A stretch of DNA of 64,000 nucleotides. Origin: Mycobacterium sp. GTDB taxonomy: Bacteria; Actinomycetota; Actinomycetes; Mycobacteriales; Mycobacteriaceae. How positions within the stretch are numbered: the first letter of the stretch is position 1; each line of letters opens with the position of its first letter. Below are positions 61,251 to 64,000 of this stretch, piece by piece. A model generated the notes under the pieces. That model made no database searches. It had not been told where the DNA came from and worked only from the letters and a program-made list of their open reading frames with translations. The stretch lies in NCBI RefSeq assembly GCF_052143115.1, contig NZ_JBKQTQ010000252.1:9777-73776 (forward strand). The letters are read 5' to 3'. Position numbers and translations under genes: made by a program.

Positions 61251-61309
61251 GCGGCGGCCGCGAAATACCGCACGGTGATGTCGACCGTGTTGCCCGCCTG
61301 ATCCGTCAC
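61251..61309 (-). pseudogene. moaD: 5' remnant of MoaD sulfur carrier
   Basis: ITVRYFAAA directly after moaA; no C-terminal GG. Confidence 0.75.
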
Positions 61310-61310
61310 C

Positions 61311-62387
61311 TCAGCCGCCGATCGCGCTCATCGGCCGCGCCGGCTGGACGAAGTTCGGGTCGTTGATGCCGTGACCCGCTGGTTTGCCCCACATCGCGGT
61401 CCGCCACGCCGCCTCGACCGCGGTGTCGTCGGCGCCGCCGCGCAGCAGCCCCCGCAGGTCGGTCTCCTCGATGGCGAACAGGCAACTACGGAGCTGCCCG
61501 TCGGCGGTCAACCGGGTGCGGTCACAGGTCGAGCAGAAGGGGCGCGACACCGAGGCGATGACCCCGACCATTCCGGTCCGGCCGGTCGCGGGATCAGTAA
61601 TCCGCCACAACTCGGCCGGCGCCGGACCCCGCGGCGCCGGATCGGGTTCCAAAGTGAACGAATGACGTCGCAGCTGCGCCAGCACTTGGTCCGCGGTCAC
61701 CGTAACCTCACGGCGCCATTGGTGTCCGGCATCCAGCGGCATCCGCTCGATGATCCGTAACTGGTAGTCGTGGGCAAGACAGAACCGCACCAGCGAAACC
61801 GCATCCTCGAGGCCGGTCAGCGGGTCCAGCACGGCATTCACCTTCACCGGTCGCAGACCCGCTGCGTGCGCGGCGGCCAGGCCGGCCAGCACATCGGCCA
61901 ACCGGTCACGGCGGGTGATCGCCGCGAAGCGCAGGTAATCCACGCTGTCCAGCGACACGTTCACCCGGTTCAGGCCGGCCCGGGCCAACGCCTCCGCACG
62001 CTCTGCCAACAAAACTCCGTTGGTGGTAAGCGCCAGCTCCGGCCGCGGCCGGAGTGCGGCTGTCGCGGCGATAATGTCGTCAAGGTGCTTGGCCAGCAAC
62101 GGTTCTCCACCGGTGAACCGCACCTTGGTTATGCCCAACCGGGCCACGCCTATTCGCACCAGCCTGATGATTTCGTCGGGTTGCAGCAGCTGCGCGGCGG
62201 CCGACCACGGCAGACCCTCGGCGGGCATGCAGTAGGTGCATCGCAGATTGCAGCGGTCGGTCAAGGACACCCGCAAATCGGTCGCGAGCCGCCCGTAGCT
62301 GTCGACCAAGGGTCCGGTGGGCGGGGGCTCTGTTGCCCGGCCTTCGAGCCGACGGGGCACCAAAGGCACACCGAGCGTCGTGATCAT
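61311..62387 (-). CDS. moaA: GTP 3',8-cyclase
   Basis: CNLRCTYC radical SAM motif, TGGEP, CSTCDRTRLT, terminal IGG. Confidence 0.95.
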   Translation of the reverse strand: MITTLGVPLVPRRLEGRATEPPPTGPLVDSYGRLATDLRVSLTDRCNLRCTYCMPAEGLPWSAAAQLLQPDEIIRLVRIGVARLGITKVRFTGGEPLLAKHLDDIIAATAALRPRPELALTTNGVLLAERAEALARAGLNRVNVSLDSVDYLRFAAITRRDRLADVLAGLAAAHAAGLRPVKVNAVLDPLTGLEDAVSLVRFCLAHDYQLRIIERMPLDAGHQWRREVTVTADQVLAQLRRHSFTLEPDPAPRGPAPAELWRITDPATGRTGMVGVIASVSRPFCSTCDRTRLTADGQLRSCLFAIEETDLRGLLRGGADDTAVEAAWRTAMWGKPAGHGINDPNFVQPARPMSAIGG

Positions 62388-62568
62388 GGCACCATCCGGA
62401 TCTGGTCGCGAGCAACATTTTTATTATCCATCGGCGCGGCGAAACCGGCATCAGATCGGCGCCGCCGTTCAGGTGGCAGCCGCAGCTGCCGCCGCCGTCA
62501 TAGGAATGACCGTTTAGGTGATGCACCTTGTGACAACGTGGGTGCCCGCCTGAGAGTTTGAAACTGCT

Positions 62569-63009
62569 TTAGCCGCGACGGCCAGGCTCCGCGCCGCGGC
62601 GCTCCGCAGGAGTGCCCGTCTCGTCACTAGACCGCTTCAGACCGGACGACACCACAAGGACCGACAAGACGATGGCCACCAGGAAGAGTGCCAGGACATC
62701 TCCCCACAAATGTCCCATATGGTCGCCACTGAAGGATTGCACCGCCATGATTGCGCCGTGCACAACACTGGACCACACCGTGAACCAGATCAAGCTGAGG
62801 TTTGCTGCGGGGTTGCGCGCCGCGTTGATTAGGAAGACGCCTAATGTCGCGTAGACGCCCACAATCATCATGAAGTAGTCAGACTCGTAAAGCGCGCCGT
62901 GATGCCATGCCCACCCCGCCGGCCAGACCAGCGCCAGGGGATAAAGAAGGAGCGCGACGACGCCAAATACGGCGAGTGCTAGTTGCAGAAGTCTATATGC
63001 AGACGGCAT
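62569..63009 (-). CDS. 4-TM membrane protein (DUF6632-like)
   Basis: YFMMIVGVYATLGVFL...LIWFTVWSSVVH; GGAGG RBS. Confidence 0.78.
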   Translation of the reverse strand: MPSAYRLLQLALAVFGVVALLLYPLALVWPAGWAWHHGALYESDYFMMIVGVYATLGVFLINAARNPAANLSLIWFTVWSSVVHGAIMAVQSFSGDHMGHLWGDVLALFLVAIVLSVLVVSSGLKRSSDETGTPAERRGAEPGRRG

Positions 63010-63261
63010 TTCACGCCTCCGAGAGTGGGCACGCTGGTGAGCATTCTAAGCGACGTTCCGGTATCGGGAATAGCCATTGAGTTCGGACATCGCGGTCGCA
63101 ACGGCCACGTCGTGCTCGTCGTCGCCGGGTTCGGTAGGCCGTTGCACGCGGGTTCCGGCGTGGCGAGGCGTCAGGGGCCTTGATCGCGGTCCCGCGAACG
63201 TCCTGAGTCACCGGCACTCCACGGTTATCACTCAGTGAGAAGTCGATGTCATCATAGGAGA

Positions 63262-63825
63262 GTGCGGTTACCGCAGTCGACAGATCCGCGGCCACGCAAC
63301 GTCGGGATCCTTTTGGCCGCGGGTGCCGGCCGCCGATACGGCAAGCCGAAGGTACTAGTTAATGGTTGGCTGGACACCGCGGTTGCAGCGTTGCGCGATG
63401 GGGGATGCGCCGACGTCGTTTTGGTCTTGGGCGCCGCCGAGGTCGCTCCCCCGCGCGGCGTCACCGCGATCACCGCTCGGTACTGGCATGAGGGCCTCAG
63501 CGCTTCAGTGCGTGCGGGTCTAATGCAGGCCGACGGCATGCACGCCGACTATGCCGTGCTGCATGTCATCGACACTCCCGATGTGGGCGCAGCAGTGGTG
63601 TCGCGCGTGTTGGGTCGCGCGTTGAGCTCCGAAAGTGGGCTTACGCGAGCGTATTTCGGTGAATGGCCCGGACATCCGGTGGTGATAGCGCGGCGGCACT
63701 GGCCCGAGGTGCTGGCCCTGATATCCGGAGATCGAGGCGCGGGTGCGTACCTGAGCACCAGGCGCGACGTAGAAATCGTCGACTGCGCCGATCTTGCGGG
63801 CGGTCAGGACATAGATGAGCTTTAA
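63262..63825 (+). CDS. Molybdenum cofactor nucleotidyltransferase (MocA/Rv0371c-like)
   Basis: LLAAGAGRRYG, GLSAS, GHPV, DID; start uncertain. Confidence 0.85.
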   Translation: MRLPQSTDPRPRNVGILLAAGAGRRYGKPKVLVNGWLDTAVAALRDGGCADVVLVLGAAEVAPPRGVTAITARYWHEGLSASVRAGLMQADGMHADYAVLHVIDTPDVGAAVVSRVLGRALSSESGLTRAYFGEWPGHPVVIARRHWPEVLALISGDRGAGAYLSTRRDVEIVDCADLAGGQDIDEL

Positions 63826-63829
63826 GCCG

Positions 63830-63858
63830 CGTAAGCGCTGCTTGAGTGTGCGCTTACG
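63830..63858. terminator. Hairpin between convergent genes
   Basis: CGTAAGCGC-N11-GCGCTTACG. Confidence 0.55.
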
Positions 63859-63867
63859 GCGCTGCCG

Positions 63868-64000
63868 CTAACTCCAGAGCGTGACGTGCACCTTTGGGCG
63901 GAATCTGGTCACCCCGACGCCAGTTCCCCGGATCATCGCCTGGATGCACCTCGGAGTGGTGATGAAGCGGACCAGTTCGGACACGGCGGGCTGGCGGGCT
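63868..64000 (-). CDS. C-terminus of a LysR-family regulator (Rv0377-like), partial
   Basis: Minus strand reads ARQPAVSELVRFITTPRCIQAMIRGTGVGVTRFRPKVHVTLWS*; adjacent to the MocA-like gene. Confidence 0.65.
   Translation of the reverse strand, partial: ARQPAVSELVRFITTPRCIQAMIRGTGVGVTRFRPKVHVTLWS

Noticed and set aside
63011-63250. Possible small ORF(s) between the DUF6632-like gene and the MocA-like gene
   Set aside because: No consistent frame, RBS or motif
1-64000. CRISPR arrays, rRNA, IS transposases, defence systems
   Set aside because: No repeat-spacer arrays, rRNA-like sequence, DDE transposase or recognisable defence genes seen by eye

Overview
High-GC chromosomal window from a Mycobacterium, probably a slow-growing non-tuberculous species (inferred from synteny). 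Positions 1-29 kb follow the M. tuberculosis Rv2238c-Rv2264c backbone: ahpE, aceE, mabR, the FAS-II operon fabD-acpM-kasA-kasB-accD6, glpD1/TetR/Rv2251/dagK, mscR-Rv2260 and an Hsp70-like gene. The window opens with the end of a tyrosine-integrase element next to tRNA-Val(TAC). Backbone genes continue further on (cyp124, yjcE, Rv2298-like AKR). They are interleaved with accessory redox and catabolic modules: two paralogous flavin monooxygenases, two DapB-like/amine-dehydrogenase paralogs, a nitrilase, a tandem NTF2-like pair, catalase-like plus cytochrome b561, a Rieske oxygenase, CYP144-like P450 and an orphan ngg. Many accessory genes show decay: 1-nt deletions, truncations and a moaD/adenylate-cyclase deletion chimera. 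The most intriguing unannotated element is a leaderless 36-aa poly-glycine sORF upstream of an MFS-GNAT pair. All family assignments come from recognising motifs by eye; no searches were run.
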